Assembly: GCA_028285405.1 (NCBI GenBank)
Contig: JANQPH010000049.1
Coordinates: 48,671-112,670 of the forward strand
DNA: 64,000 nt
Source of the DNA: Thermoleophilia bacterium
GTDB lineage: Bacteria; Actinomycetota; Thermoleophilia; Miltoncostaeales; Miltoncostaeaceae
Direction: 5' to 3'
Below the pieces are notes generated by a model, which saw only the letters and a program-made list of their open reading frames with translations, ran no database searches and had not been told where the DNA came from. This document shows, piece after piece, positions 31,843 through 41,440 of the stretch (within the stretch, counting starts at the first letter, position 1; every line of letters starts with the position of its first letter). The position numbers and the translations under genes were made by a program.

Positions 31843-33177
31843 CTACTGGGGTCTGCGCCAGAGCACGAGCGTCGCCGCGGCGGCGAACGCGACGGCGAGA
31901 CCGGCGGCGTGAGCGAGGTCGACGGCGAACGAGGCGGGGACCGTCGGCTCGGCCAGCAGTGACTGGAACGCCGAGAGCGCCGGCCCGAACGGCACGGCGG
32001 CGGCGATGCCGCCGGCGATGTCTCCCGGGATGAGGCCGATGAAGAGCAGGGGCAGGGTCAGCATCAGCGCCGCGAGCAGGGCGCTCCGGGTCTCGCGGGC
32101 GGCTGCGCCGATCAGCGCGCCGAAGGACGCAAAGCCGAGTCCGGTCACCAGCAGCGCCGTGACCCACAGCCCCCATCGTCCGACCGCCAGCGAGCTCGCG
32201 CCGGCGACGACGGCAAGGAGCGCGAGCCCGATCACGAGCGTTGCCGCCGTCGCGAACACGATCTTCTCGGTGGTGATGGACATCGGCGAGACGAGCCCGC
32301 GGCGCAGCCGCGACAGGACGTGCTCCTCGCGCTCGCCTGCGATGCCTGCGGCCGCGAGCAGCACGCCGGCCAGGCCGAGGCTGACGAGCAGCGCCGCGGC
32401 GACTCCGAGGGCCGAGAGCGGCTCACGTCCGTCGTCGGACTCCTGGATCGACAGCTCGATCGGGCTGGCGAGCGCTGTCGCGGCTGGGCGAGCGAGGCCC
32501 AGGTTGCCCTCGGTCTGGTCGACGAACAGCAACAGGGGGTCGAGCTCGTCCGCGAGCTGGTCGTCGCCCTGGGCGCGGAGCGCCTCCTGGACGCCGAGGA
32601 TGATGTCGCGGGTGCTGTCGAGGCCGAGCGCGACGCCGGTGCGGCCAAAGACGCCGATCGTCCCCCCGTCGATCACCAGGTCGACGAGCTGCAGCACCTG
32701 GGTGACGTAGTCGGCCGCGAGCGCCTGGTTGAAGCGGAAGACCGCGGCCTCGAGCCGGCGCGCGATCTCCTCGGACTCGATCGGGTCCCGACGGCTCGTC
32801 TCGAGCTCGAGCGTGGGCGGGGTGAACCCCGACTGCAGGTTGCCGATGAAGCCGTCGGGGATGGTCAGGATCGCGCTGACGCGACCCGCCTCGAGCGCGT
32901 CCTGGGCCTCGTCCGGCCCGAGCTCGATGACGTCGACCTCCTCGTCCAGGCGAGCGACGTAGTCGTCGACCGAGAACCGCTCCCCGCCGACGCTCACCGT
33001 TCTGCCCGGGTCGTCGAGGTTGACCACGGCGACGGCGGGCTGCTCACCACCGCCCTGCAGGGCGAGGGCGACCAGCGCGGCGACGACGACCGGATACGCG
33101 ATGAGCGCCACGATCTGCACCGGGCTGCGCGCGAGCAGGCGCAGGTCCTTCCCGAGGAGAAGCAGGATCGATCTCAT
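31843..33177 (-). CDS. ABC-2 type transporter permease
   Basis: After the N-terminal TM helix (LLLGKDLRLLARSPVQIVALIAYPVVVAALVAL) there is a large extracytoplasmic loop and then 5 C-terminal TM helices. The ATG overlaps the ATPase stop (ATGA). Confidence 0.8.
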   Translation of the reverse strand: MRSILLLLGKDLRLLARSPVQIVALIAYPVVVAALVALALQGGGEQPAVAVVNLDDPGRTVSVGGERFSVDDYVARLDEEVDVIELGPDEAQDALEAGRVSAILTIPDGFIGNLQSGFTPPTLELETSRRDPIESEEIARRLEAAVFRFNQALAADYVTQVLQLVDLVIDGGTIGVFGRTGVALGLDSTRDIILGVQEALRAQGDDQLADELDPLLLFVDQTEGNLGLARPAATALASPIELSIQESDDGREPLSALGVAAALLVSLGLAGVLLAAAGIAGEREEHVLSRLRRGLVSPMSITTEKIVFATAATLVIGLALLAVVAGASSLAVGRWGLWVTALLVTGLGFASFGALIGAAARETRSALLAALMLTLPLLFIGLIPGDIAGGIAAAVPFGPALSAFQSLLAEPTVPASFAVDLAHAAGLAVAFAAAATLVLWRRPQ

Positions 33178-33893
33178 TCGGCGTCCACGAGGTCGAGGAA
33201 CGCCTGCTCGGCGGCGAGCGGACCGGCTGCGTCATCGGCACGGGCGGTCAGGTCGTCTCCCGTTCCCGAGAAGACCGGCGCGCCTCCGGCGAGGACGAGC
33301 AGGCGGTCCGCTTCTGCGACCGCCTCGCCCACGAGCTGGGTCGAGAACACGAGGGCGAGGCCGTCCTCCTCCTGCAGGGCGCCGAGCCACGACCAGATGC
33401 GCCGGCGCTGGTCCGGGCTGAGCGTCGCGGTGGGCTCGTCGAGCAGCAGGACCCGCGGTGCGCCCGCCAGCGCCACGCACATGTTGAGGCGCGCCAGCGT
33501 GCCGGTCGAGAGGGTCGCGGCCCGCCGGTTGGCGAACTCGGTCAGGTCGGCGCGCTCGATCAGCTCCGCGGCGACCGCGTCCGGCTCGTCCCGTCGCTCG
33601 AGCTTCGCGAAGAGCTCGAGGTTCTCGCGCGTCGACAGGCGGCCGTACAGCGCGGGTCGCTGCGGGACCCAGCCGATCCGGTCGACGTCGGCTCGCCACT
33701 CCAGCTGGCCCTCGTACCCCTCCGCAAGACCCGCGAGGATCGAGAGCAGCGTGGTCTTACCGGCGCCGTTGGGGCCCAGCAGCGCAAGCGCCTCGCCCGA
33801 GCCGAGCTCCAGGTCCACGCCCCCGAGGGCTCTGAGGCGCCTGAAGCGTCGACCGAGACCGCTCGCACGCAGAAGCGGGCCGTCGCCGGTCAT
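33174..33893 (-). CDS. ABC transporter ATP-binding protein
   Basis: Walker A is GPNGAGKTT, the signature is LSTGTLARL, and Walker B is VLLLDEPT. The start is ATG 33893 (MTGDGPLLRASGL). Confidence 0.85.
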   Translation of the reverse strand: MTGDGPLLRASGLGRRFRRLRALGGVDLELGSGEALALLGPNGAGKTTLLSILAGLAEGYEGQLEWRADVDRIGWVPQRPALYGRLSTRENLELFAKLERRDEPDAVAAELIERADLTEFANRRAATLSTGTLARLNMCVALAGAPRVLLLDEPTATLSPDQRRRIWSWLGALQEEDGLALVFSTQLVGEAVAEADRLLVLAGGAPVFSGTGDDLTARADDAAGPLAAEQAFLDLVDAE

Positions 33894-34084
33894 CTCGTCT
33901 GCGCGCAGCGGCCCCGGATCGGCGGGCGCGGCGTTTGCGCCGAAGCGGACGGGTGCCACGACATCGCTGGCGATGGTAGCCCTGCCGGAACGGGCGGACG
34001 ACCGCCGGAGGCCGAGTTGGCCAGACCGTAATCCGCCGCTTCTGGTTCGCGATCCGGGGGCCCTCCGCTAGGCTCACGCGCCAA

Positions 34085-34837
34085 ATGCCCAGGCATTCGC
34101 GCGACAGGCTCGCTGCGCGCCGGGCGAAGCGCCGGTACCAGGATCGGGCCTCTCAGCGACGGGCGACCATCGCGACGCTGTCGTTCGCTGCGCTGCTCGG
34201 GGTCGTGGCACTCGTCGTCGGTTTGGTCAGCTCGGGCAGCTCGAGCCCATCCGAGGACGGTCCGGTCGCCGAGCCCGTCCCCGCGGCATCGCTGGCAGGC
34301 GGAGACCGCCCGCCCGACCTCACGCTGGCAAACGCGGAGCAGCTCGAGCTGCGACTCCCGCTCGACCCCGAGCTGATCACCGCCGTCGCCTTCCATGCGG
34401 TGAGCAACCCCGAGCTGGTCGCGCTCGATCCGGTCGACGACGTCGACTACGAGACGGCGCCGCGCGGCGACCGAAGCGGCCCCGCCACGGCCGCCGTCGA
34501 CGTCGGTGCCCCGGCCGAGACGGTCGTGTACGCGCCGATCGACGGGACGGTCGCGGCCGTCGCCGACTATCGCGTGGCCGGAGAGGTCGAGGGCTTCGAG
34601 CTGGTGATCGACCCCTCGGACGCCGCAGGCGAGCTGATCGTCAAGGTGAGTCACCTCGATCCGATGGAGTCCGGCCCTCCGTCGGTGGGATCCGCCGTGA
34701 CCGCCGGCGAGACGGTGATCGGACGGATCCGTGACTTCTCGGGCGTCGCCGACCAGGAGCTGGCGCAGTTCACGTCGGATGCCGGCAACCACGTCGGGAT
34801 CGAGGTGGCGCGAACCGGCTCCCAGTTCGCGCCGTGA
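34085..34837 (+). CDS. Membrane-anchored M23/LytM-like protein, probably catalytically degenerate
   Basis: A basic N-terminus and TM helix (IATLSFAALLGVVALVVGLV) are followed by AVDVGAPAETVVYAPIDGTVAAV...GFELVI...VSHLD...VGSAVTAGETIG...GNHVGIEV, which follows the M23 fold pattern. The HxxxD and HxH metal ligands are not intact. Confidence 0.55.
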   Translation: MPRHSRDRLAARRAKRRYQDRASQRRATIATLSFAALLGVVALVVGLVSSGSSSPSEDGPVAEPVPAASLAGGDRPPDLTLANAEQLELRLPLDPELITAVAFHAVSNPELVALDPVDDVDYETAPRGDRSGPATAAVDVGAPAETVVYAPIDGTVAAVADYRVAGEVEGFELVIDPSDAAGELIVKVSHLDPMESGPPSVGSAVTAGETVIGRIRDFSGVADQELAQFTSDAGNHVGIEVARTGSQFAP

Positions 34838-34862
34838 CCGACGTTCGCGTCGGACTGGTGCG

Positions 34863-35657
34863 TTGAGCCTGCGCATCGTCGCCATCGGCGACGTGGTCGG
34901 AGGGGTCGGCCACCGGGCCCTGCTCGCGTGCCTGCCCGACATCCGTGCGCAGCTCGACCCCGACCTGGTCGTCGTCAACGCCGAGAACGCGGCGTCCGGG
35001 GTCGGCACGAGCCCGCGCCAGGTGGACGATCTGCTCGCCGCGGGGGTCGATGTGATCACCGGCGGCAACCACACGCTGCACCGTCGGGAGCTGTTTCCGA
35101 CGCTCGCGAACGAGCCCCGTCTGCTGCGGCCCGACAACATCGCGCGCACGGCTCCGGGGCGCGGCACGACCGAGGTCGTCGCGCGCGGCGGCGCCCGTGT
35201 GGGCATCGTCAACCTGCTCGGGTCGGTGTTCATCGACTCGGCCGCGAGCCCGTTCCTGGTGATCGACGACCTCCTCGCCGGCTTCGGCGGGGGCACGGCC
35301 CATGTACTGGTCGACATCCACGCCGAGGCGACCAGCGAGAAGATCGCCCTGGCGCGATACCTCGACGGGCGTGTCACGGCGGTCGTCGGCACCCACACCC
35401 ACGTGCAGACCGCGGATGCCCGGGTCTTCGCCGGGGGCACGGCCTACGTCACGGACCTCGGCATGACCGGCCCCCACGATTCGGTGATCGGCGTGCGCAG
35501 CCAGATCGTGATCGAGCGATTCCTCAAGGCGAGCTCGGGCCGGTTCGAGCCGGCCGACGGCGAGGTGCTCGTGCAGGGAGCCGTGATCGACGCGAGCGAG
35601 GGCGGGCGCGCGACCGCGATCGAGACGTTCAGCTACCCCGCCGAGTCCGGGTTGTAG
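34863..35657 (+). CDS. YmdB-like metallophosphoesterase (2',3'-cyclic-nucleotide phosphodiesterase family)
   Basis: LRIVAIGDVVG...VVVNAENAASGVG...ITGGNH...VDIHAEATSEK...VVGTHTHVQTAD...YVTDLGMTG is the canonical TIGR00282/YmdB-type sequence. The start is TTG 34863. Confidence 0.85.
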   Translation: MSLRIVAIGDVVGGVGHRALLACLPDIRAQLDPDLVVVNAENAASGVGTSPRQVDDLLAAGVDVITGGNHTLHRRELFPTLANEPRLLRPDNIARTAPGRGTTEVVARGGARVGIVNLLGSVFIDSAASPFLVIDDLLAGFGGGTAHVLVDIHAEATSEKIALARYLDGRVTAVVGTHTHVQTADARVFAGGTAYVTDLGMTGPHDSVIGVRSQIVIERFLKASSGRFEPADGEVLVQGAVIDASEGGRATAIETFSYPAESGL

Positions 35658-36430
35658 TACCGAATGTGCAGGTGGTTGTCGTGGTTGACCAGCGCCTGCA
35701 CGATTCCCGGGGGCCCCGTCAGGCCGAGGCTCGGCCCCGTGAACACGAACTGGGGCTCCGTCGCGACGAACGCGTCGACGAGCCACTGGGCGATGCGCGG
35801 GTTGACCTGTGACGGCGTGGTGGGCCCCAGCAGCTTGCGGTCGGTGCGCGGGTAGTAGACGTCCACGTCAAGCCCGTTCTGGTGCGAGGCGTGGCCGAGC
35901 GATCCCCACTGCGGCCCGAAGTCGCCACCCCGCGGACGGCTGAGGTCGCCGATGAGCAGCGGGGGAGCGTTCGGGAACTCCTCGCGGTAGCGGTCGACGA
36001 CGTTCAGGACGGTCCGGACGACGTCGTCGTGCCCGTATCGGCGCCAGTGCCGGTTGGGAACCTCCTTCAGGACGGGATCCCAGGTCACGAAGCCGGGGCC
36101 GCTCGAGGGCAGCTGGACGCCGTCGACCAGCCTGCCCCCCGACATCGGAAGGCCGAGCGCGGTGGACTGCCGCCAGGTGATCGACTCGCGAATGTCCGCT
36201 GGCTCCGGTGGGGGAGTCGGCGGGCCGGTCGGAACCTTCTCCTGAAGTGACTCCGGGGTCGTCCGGGGCGACTCCGCGGCGGCATCGGCGTCGGCGGTCG
36301 CTGAGGGTGACGGGTCGGGAGCGTCCCGGTCGGGAAGGAGGCTCCGGCCGGCACCGGTGCTGATCGCGACGACGGCGATCAGCGCGACAGCGCTGACCAA
36401 CCACACGAGGGTTCGCGGACGAACGGGCAC
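35633..36430 (-). CDS. Penicillin-insensitive murein endopeptidase (MepA, peptidase M74)-like protein
   Basis: A signal/anchor (LVWLVSAVALIAVVAIS) and a Pro-rich linker are followed by IGDLSRPRGG...GHASHQNGLDVDVYYP...NHDNHLHI, which matches the M74/LAS zinc-ligand pattern. The 3' end overlaps the convergent ymdB-like gene by 25 nt. Confidence 0.7.
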   Translation of the reverse strand: MPVRPRTLVWLVSAVALIAVVAISTGAGRSLLPDRDAPDPSPSATADADAAAESPRTTPESLQEKVPTGPPTPPPEPADIRESITWRQSTALGLPMSGGRLVDGVQLPSSGPGFVTWDPVLKEVPNRHWRRYGHDDVVRTVLNVVDRYREEFPNAPPLLIGDLSRPRGGDFGPQWGSLGHASHQNGLDVDVYYPRTDRKLLGPTTPSQVNPRIAQWLVDAFVATEPQFVFTGPSLGLTGPPGIVQALVNHDNHLHIRYYNPDSAG

Positions 36431-36509
36431 GCCTCGCGACGGTAGGTGGCGACCGGCATGTCCACTGGTCCGGCGGTTGCACCAAACCCGACCGTTCCGC
36501 CGCGACCGC

Positions 36510-37772
36510 TCAGTCGAGGATGTACCGAGCGGGCAGCGGACTCGGCGAGCCGCGCGTCACGTCGCTCATCGACGGGGAGCGGGCGATCCTCGGCCGCGGC
36601 CACGCCATGACCAGGAGCGCGATCAGCGTCAGATCCCGGACCACGAGGATGCTGATCGGCACGGTCTCGAGGTCGACCAGGTCCCAGTACATCCCCGGGA
36701 AGTACGCCTGCGTCAGGATCAGCGCTCCCGCGGTCACCCCGATCGCGGTCCAGCCGGTGGGCCCCGCGATCAGCAGCATCACCGGCAGCAGCCAGAGCAG
36801 GAACTGCGGCGAGAGCACCTTGCCGGCGACCAGCAGCGCGACGATCGTGGCGGCGGTGGCCGCGACGAAGAGGCGCGCGTCGCCCGGAGGGCGGGTGCCG
36901 CGCAGCGCGAGCGCCAGCGCGACCGCGATCGCGACGACGAGCACGATCAGCACCGCGGTCGAGATCGCCGAGATGGCGTCGGGTCCGGCGCCCACGAGGT
37001 TCTGGCTGCCGAACGAGGTCTCGACCGAGAGCCCGATGTCGGCGAGCGCGTGCAGGCCGAGCATGTACGCCGCACCCGTCGACTCGATCTGGAGCGGTCG
37101 GTCGAGGTGGTACTGCGCGAAGTCGAGCGTGCCGCTGGGCGACAGCGCGATGAAGGGCACCCACACGAGGACGAACGCCGCCACCGCGCCGCCGGCACCG
37201 GCGACCGCGCGCCTCGGCCCATCCCGATGCCAGTGGTAGACGAGCAGGATGGGGATCAGGGCGAGCGGCACGAGCTTGACCAGCGCGCCGATCGCGAGTG
37301 CTCCCCACGCAACCGTGAAGCGACCGGACGCCGCGCCGTAGAGCAGGGCGGCGAGCGCGACGGCCAGTACGAGGTCGAAACGCGTCTCGACCAGGCTTCC
37401 GACCAGGAGCGGCGCGACCACGACCCCAACGCCGGCGGTGATCACCCGCGCCTCCCCCAGGTCGAGCGCGCGCGCGGTCGCGACGGCGAGCAGCGCGGTC
37501 GCAAGGAGCGCGGCGAGCATCAGCGCCGAGAAGCTGGTGCCGTAGCTGAGCGGCCACGGCCAGGCCAGCAGGAAGATCCCGGCCGCGCCCGGTGGGTACT
37601 CGAACTCGAAGTCGAGGTAGGGAACGGCGCCGGACGCCATCTGCTCCGCCGCCTCCCGGTACACGGGGATGTCCGTGATGGCTCCGTCCTGGTACCAGCC
37701 CAGCTGGAGGGGGACCATCCACAGCAGCACCCCCAGCGCGACGAGGCCCGCCAGCGGCAGCGCTCCCCTCAT
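36510..37772 (-). CDS. GT-C fold membrane glycosyltransferase (GT87/DUF2029-like)
   Basis: The protein has about 10 TM helices. The N-terminal loop DIPVYREAAEQMASGAVPYLDFEFEYPPGA is typical of DUF2029 mannosyltransferase-like proteins. ATG 37772 overlaps the upstream stop (ATGA). The 691-aa ORF in the track is an over-extension. Confidence 0.7.
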   Translation of the reverse strand: MRGALPLAGLVALGVLLWMVPLQLGWYQDGAITDIPVYREAAEQMASGAVPYLDFEFEYPPGAAGIFLLAWPWPLSYGTSFSALMLAALLATALLAVATARALDLGEARVITAGVGVVVAPLLVGSLVETRFDLVLAVALAALLYGAASGRFTVAWGALAIGALVKLVPLALIPILLVYHWHRDGPRRAVAGAGGAVAAFVLVWVPFIALSPSGTLDFAQYHLDRPLQIESTGAAYMLGLHALADIGLSVETSFGSQNLVGAGPDAISAISTAVLIVLVVAIAVALALALRGTRPPGDARLFVAATAATIVALLVAGKVLSPQFLLWLLPVMLLIAGPTGWTAIGVTAGALILTQAYFPGMYWDLVDLETVPISILVVRDLTLIALLVMAWPRPRIARSPSMSDVTRGSPSPLPARYILD

Positions 37773-39601
37773 GCCTCCACGAGCTCCCGCGCCGATGCCT
37801 CGTCTGTCACCTCGCGCTCTGCGTCGGCCGGTGTCGCGGGCGGTGACGGCGCGGGCGGCTCCGGTCGCTGCCAGACGGGGACGAACGCGAGCAGCGCGAA
37901 CGGGAGGAACCAGGGGATGTAGAGATAGAACCAGTGCGTCATGGTCAGCTGGAAGCCGACGATCAGCGCACCGGACAGCGCGGCCGCTCCGAGGAGATCG
38001 AGCCGTCGGGGCCAGCGCAGCACCGCGAGCGCGGCCACCGCCACGATTCCCATCAGCGCGAGCTGGAGCGGGCGCAGCTCGGGGTTCTGGCCCCAGATCG
38101 AGAACGGCGAGTCCCGCCCGAGCTGGTAGAGCACGGTGCGCTCCGGGAACGCCGTGATTCCCCGCAGGCCGTCCAGCGCGATCGCCCAGAAGACGAGCAG
38201 GACGCCGATCACGACCCCGAGGAGGTACTTGGAGAGCCGGCGTCTGGGCGCGCCGTCGGGAAACGGATGTCGGCTCCAGAGCGGTAGGAGCAGCGCCGGC
38301 GCGATCTTCGCCGCGACGGCGAGCGACACCATCGCGCCCCGACCGATCGCGTGGCGTGCGAGCACCATTCCCCAGATGAGCGTCGCGGCGACGAGGGTGT
38401 CGTTGGCGTTCGTCTCGAGGGCGTAGGCGGTGAACGGAAAGGCCGCCCACGCGAGCGCCATGAGCAGGCCGAGGCGGGTGCCGCCGAGCTGCCAGCCGAG
38501 GACCCCCATGCCGACCACGGCGAGGATGTCGAAGGCGGTGGCGGCCCCGTGCGCTGCCGGGAGCGAGTCCCACTCGCCGCTCCACGGCTGTGTCCAGACG
38601 AACGGGACGTAGGCGATGTAGTTGAGCGGGCCGTACGTGTCGCAGTGGCCGCAGTCGCTCGGGAAGTCACCGTAGGGCGCCCGCCCCTCGAGGATCCGAT
38701 CGGCCCCGATCACCCCGGCGTAGCCGACATCGATCACGTTCGAGTCGAAGGCGTTCAGGCCGTACCGGACGGCGAGGACGATCGCGAGCAGCGCCGTGAG
38801 CAGCCAGGGCGGACACAGCGTCACCGCTCGCGGAAGCCGGGACGTGGCGCCGCGTGCCGGCGCGGGCGTCGCGTCCGCCGGGGCCGGGGGTGGATCTGGT
38901 GCTCGGCGCATCAGGCGGGAGAGCCAGCGCTGTCCGGGTGCCCGCGTGCCGAGGCCGATCCAGGTCAGCCGCAGCGCGAGATAGGCCAGCGGGGGATAGA
39001 CGAGCGGCACCGACGTGAAAATCTCGCCTCGGTTGAACCAGACGAGCGAGACGCTGAACGACAGGAGCACCAGCAGGTCCAGGGTCCTGATCGAGAACAG
39101 GCGACGCGGGGTCAGGAGCGGCAGCAGGAAGATCGCCGCGAGGCTGAGCCAGATCACGGGGCGGTTGATCTCGCGCCCGAACGACCCGTCGTAGCCGCGC
39201 GCCATCATCCACCCGACCTGGGGCCCGGTCCGGACCTCCTCGATCTGCCCGGTGTCGTCGTCGACGAACACCTGTGTCTCGACCTTCTCGGTGCCGTCAG
39301 AGCGCTCCGACATGAACGACACCTTCCACCGATCGAGCGGCTTCTCGAGCTCGGCCGCGGTGCGGGTGATCGAGTGGTCCGAGTTCCAGTCGCGTGCCTT
39401 GCCGTTGCCCTCGGCGATCTCGATCGCCTCGCGGGAGGTGAGCTTCGGCGGAGGTCCGCTCGTCTCATCCCCGCTCGTCGCACCCGCGCCCGTCGTCTGT
39501 GCGCCGGCTGTCGCGGCCGCCACCACCAGCAGCGCGATCGTGAGCGTGAGCAGGACCCCGCGGCCGAGCCGGGTGCTCACGCCGGCCCGCCTGGAGGTCA
39601 C
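37769..39601 (-). CDS. Membrane protein with an N-terminal PepSY-like domain and a GT87/DUF2029-like glycosyltransferase domain
   Basis: The PepSY-like segment is LTSREAIEIAEGN...WKVSFMSE...VFVDDDTGQIEEV. A polytopic domain follows, with DVGYAGVIGADRILEGRAPYGDF...GPLNYIAYVPF. GTG 39601 overlaps the gtrA-like stop (GTGA). Confidence 0.7.
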   Translation of the reverse strand: MTSRRAGVSTRLGRGVLLTLTIALLVVAAATAGAQTTGAGATSGDETSGPPPKLTSREAIEIAEGNGKARDWNSDHSITRTAAELEKPLDRWKVSFMSERSDGTEKVETQVFVDDDTGQIEEVRTGPQVGWMMARGYDGSFGREINRPVIWLSLAAIFLLPLLTPRRLFSIRTLDLLVLLSFSVSLVWFNRGEIFTSVPLVYPPLAYLALRLTWIGLGTRAPGQRWLSRLMRRAPDPPPAPADATPAPARGATSRLPRAVTLCPPWLLTALLAIVLAVRYGLNAFDSNVIDVGYAGVIGADRILEGRAPYGDFPSDCGHCDTYGPLNYIAYVPFVWTQPWSGEWDSLPAAHGAATAFDILAVVGMGVLGWQLGGTRLGLLMALAWAAFPFTAYALETNANDTLVAATLIWGMVLARHAIGRGAMVSLAVAAKIAPALLLPLWSRHPFPDGAPRRRLSKYLLGVVIGVLLVFWAIALDGLRGITAFPERTVLYQLGRDSPFSIWGQNPELRPLQLALMGIVAVAALAVLRWPRRLDLLGAAALSGALIVGFQLTMTHWFYLYIPWFLPFALLAFVPVWQRPEPPAPSPPATPADAEREVTDEASARELVEA

Positions 39602-40053
39602 CGAAAGGACCAGCGGCGGTTGAGCAAGAAGTTGGGGGGCATGACCAGCACCACGGCGATCGCCTGGGACGGCACCGCCGGGAGGCCGAACCAGAGGAAC
39701 ATCTGCAGGAACAGGACGTTCCCGGTCAGCGTTCCGAGGCTCACCAGCAGGTTGCGCCACCCCTGCGCAACCGCGGATCGCTCATGTCGTCGGAAGGTCC
39801 AGTACTTGTTGAGGAAGAAGTTGGACGTCCAGGCGACGATGAAGGCGATCACCGCAGAGGACGCGTAGTGGCCGCCCAGCAGCGTGATCATGCCCGTGAA
39901 CACGGCGAGGTTGAGCAGGTAGCCGGAGCCGCCTACCACGCAGTAGCGCACGAGCTGTGCCCAGTCCTCCCCTCCCGCGGAACGCGGATCCGGGACCCTC
40001 AGGATGGTTCGGGCGGGCGCGCGTGCGACTGACGGTGCCTGCCTCGTCGCCAC
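39598..40053 (-). CDS. GtrA-family membrane protein
   Basis: LVRYCVVGGSGYLLNLAVF...AWTSNFFLNKYWTFR...MPPNFLLNRRWSF is the canonical GtrA pattern with 4 TM helices. The start is uncertain (GTG 40053 or TTG 40071). The rest of the 781-aa ORF in the track is antisense to the aminotransferase gene. Confidence 0.75.
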   Translation of the reverse strand: MATRQAPSVARAPARTILRVPDPRSAGGEDWAQLVRYCVVGGSGYLLNLAVFTGMITLLGGHYASSAVIAFIVAWTSNFFLNKYWTFRRHERSAVAQGWRNLLVSLGTLTGNVLFLQMFLWFGLPAVPSQAIAVVLVMPPNFLLNRRWSFR

Positions 40054-40116
40054 GGGCGGCGATCGTACCAAGGCGATATTCTCGGCGCTTGTCTTTCGGG
40101 TGCCCGAGCGCCTGAC

Positions 40117-41430
40117 ATGACAGGAGTCGACGTGCAAGCCGAAAGCGACACGCAGCGCGGGCACGGGGCACCGGGCATCGGCCCCCGCGACGCGAGCCGG
40201 TACGACCGACTGTTCGCGAACCGCGCCGCCGCGGTGAAGTCCTCGGCGATGCGGGACCTGATGGCCCTCTCGGAGCAGCCCGAGATCATCTCGCTGGCGG
40301 GGGGATTCCCCGATACCGAGAGCTTCCCGATCGACATCTACGCCGAGGTCGTGGCGGCGGTGCAGACCGGGTTTCGGGCGAGCTCGCTGCAGTACGGCCC
40401 CACGGAGGGCCTGTGGGAGCTGCGCGAGAAGATCGTCGAGGTGATGGCGCACGAGGGCGCCTTCACCCGGCCGGACGACGTCCTCATCACGACCGGCGGC
40501 CAGCAGGCCATCGACCTCTCGGTCCGCACGTTCGTCGATCCGGGCGACGTCGTCCTCGCCGAGGGACCGACATATCCCGGCGCGGTGCCGTGCTTCACGA
40601 CCTACGAGGCCGAGGTCGAGCACGTCCCGATGGACGAGGACGGCCTCCGGATCGATCTCCTCGAGGAGCGGCTCGACACGCTCGACCGCCGCGGCGTGCG
40701 GCCGAAGCTGCTCTACACGATCCCGAACTTCCACAATCCCGCCGGCGTGACGATGTCGCTCGAGCGGCGCGAGCGCCTCGTCCGGATCGCGCACGAGCGC
40801 GAGCTGCTCGTCGTCGAGGACAACCCGTACGGTCAGATCCGCTTCGAGGGCGAGAACCTGCCCAGCCTGTGGGAGCTGGACGACGGCGAGGGCTGGGTGA
40901 TCTATCTCTCGACGTTCAGCAAGATCCTCGCCCCGGGCGTGCGGGTGGGGTGGGTCGCGGCGCCGCCGCCGGTCCTGCGCAAGATGAACCTCGGAAAGCA
41001 GGCGGCCGACCTCTGCTCCTCGACGTTCACCCAGCGGTTCATCGTCGAGTACATGCGCCGTTTCGACTGGCGGGAGCACGTCGCCCGGCTGAACGACGTC
41101 TACCGGAACCGACGCGACACGATGCTGCGCGCCCTCGACGAGGAGATGCCCGCCGAGGTCGAGTGGAGCCACCCCAAGGGCGGCCTGTTCCTGTGGGCGA
41201 CCCTCCCGGAGCCGCTCGATACGACCGAGCTGCTGGCCGAGGCGACCCGCGACGAGCGGGTTGCCTTCGTGCCGGGGCGGGGGGCGTTCCTCGACGGTCA
41301 GGGCGGCCGGAGCATGCGCCTCAACTTCTCCGGTGCGTCGGAGCCGCTGATCGCGGAGGGCATCGCGCGCCTGGGACGATCCGTCACCCGCCAGCTCGAG
41401 CTCGCGCGGCAGCTGTTCGGCGACCAGTGA
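40117..41430 (+). CDS. PLP-dependent aminotransferase, class I/II (2-aminoadipate/aromatic aminotransferase-like)
   Basis: MRDLMALSEQPEIISLAGGFPD...LQYGPTEG...TTGGQQAIDL...PTYPGA...IPNFHNPAGV...YLSTFSKILAPGVRVGW contains the PLP lysine in SKI. The alternative start is GTG 40132, which follows caggag. Confidence 0.85.
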   Translation: MTGVDVQAESDTQRGHGAPGIGPRDASRYDRLFANRAAAVKSSAMRDLMALSEQPEIISLAGGFPDTESFPIDIYAEVVAAVQTGFRASSLQYGPTEGLWELREKIVEVMAHEGAFTRPDDVLITTGGQQAIDLSVRTFVDPGDVVLAEGPTYPGAVPCFTTYEAEVEHVPMDEDGLRIDLLEERLDTLDRRGVRPKLLYTIPNFHNPAGVTMSLERRERLVRIAHERELLVVEDNPYGQIRFEGENLPSLWELDDGEGWVIYLSTFSKILAPGVRVGWVAAPPPVLRKMNLGKQAADLCSSTFTQRFIVEYMRRFDWREHVARLNDVYRNRRDTMLRALDEEMPAEVEWSHPKGGLFLWATLPEPLDTTELLAEATRDERVAFVPGRGAFLDGQGGRSMRLNFSGASEPLIAEGIARLGRSVTRQLELARQLFGDQ

Positions 41431-41440
41431 GGCGAGGTCG

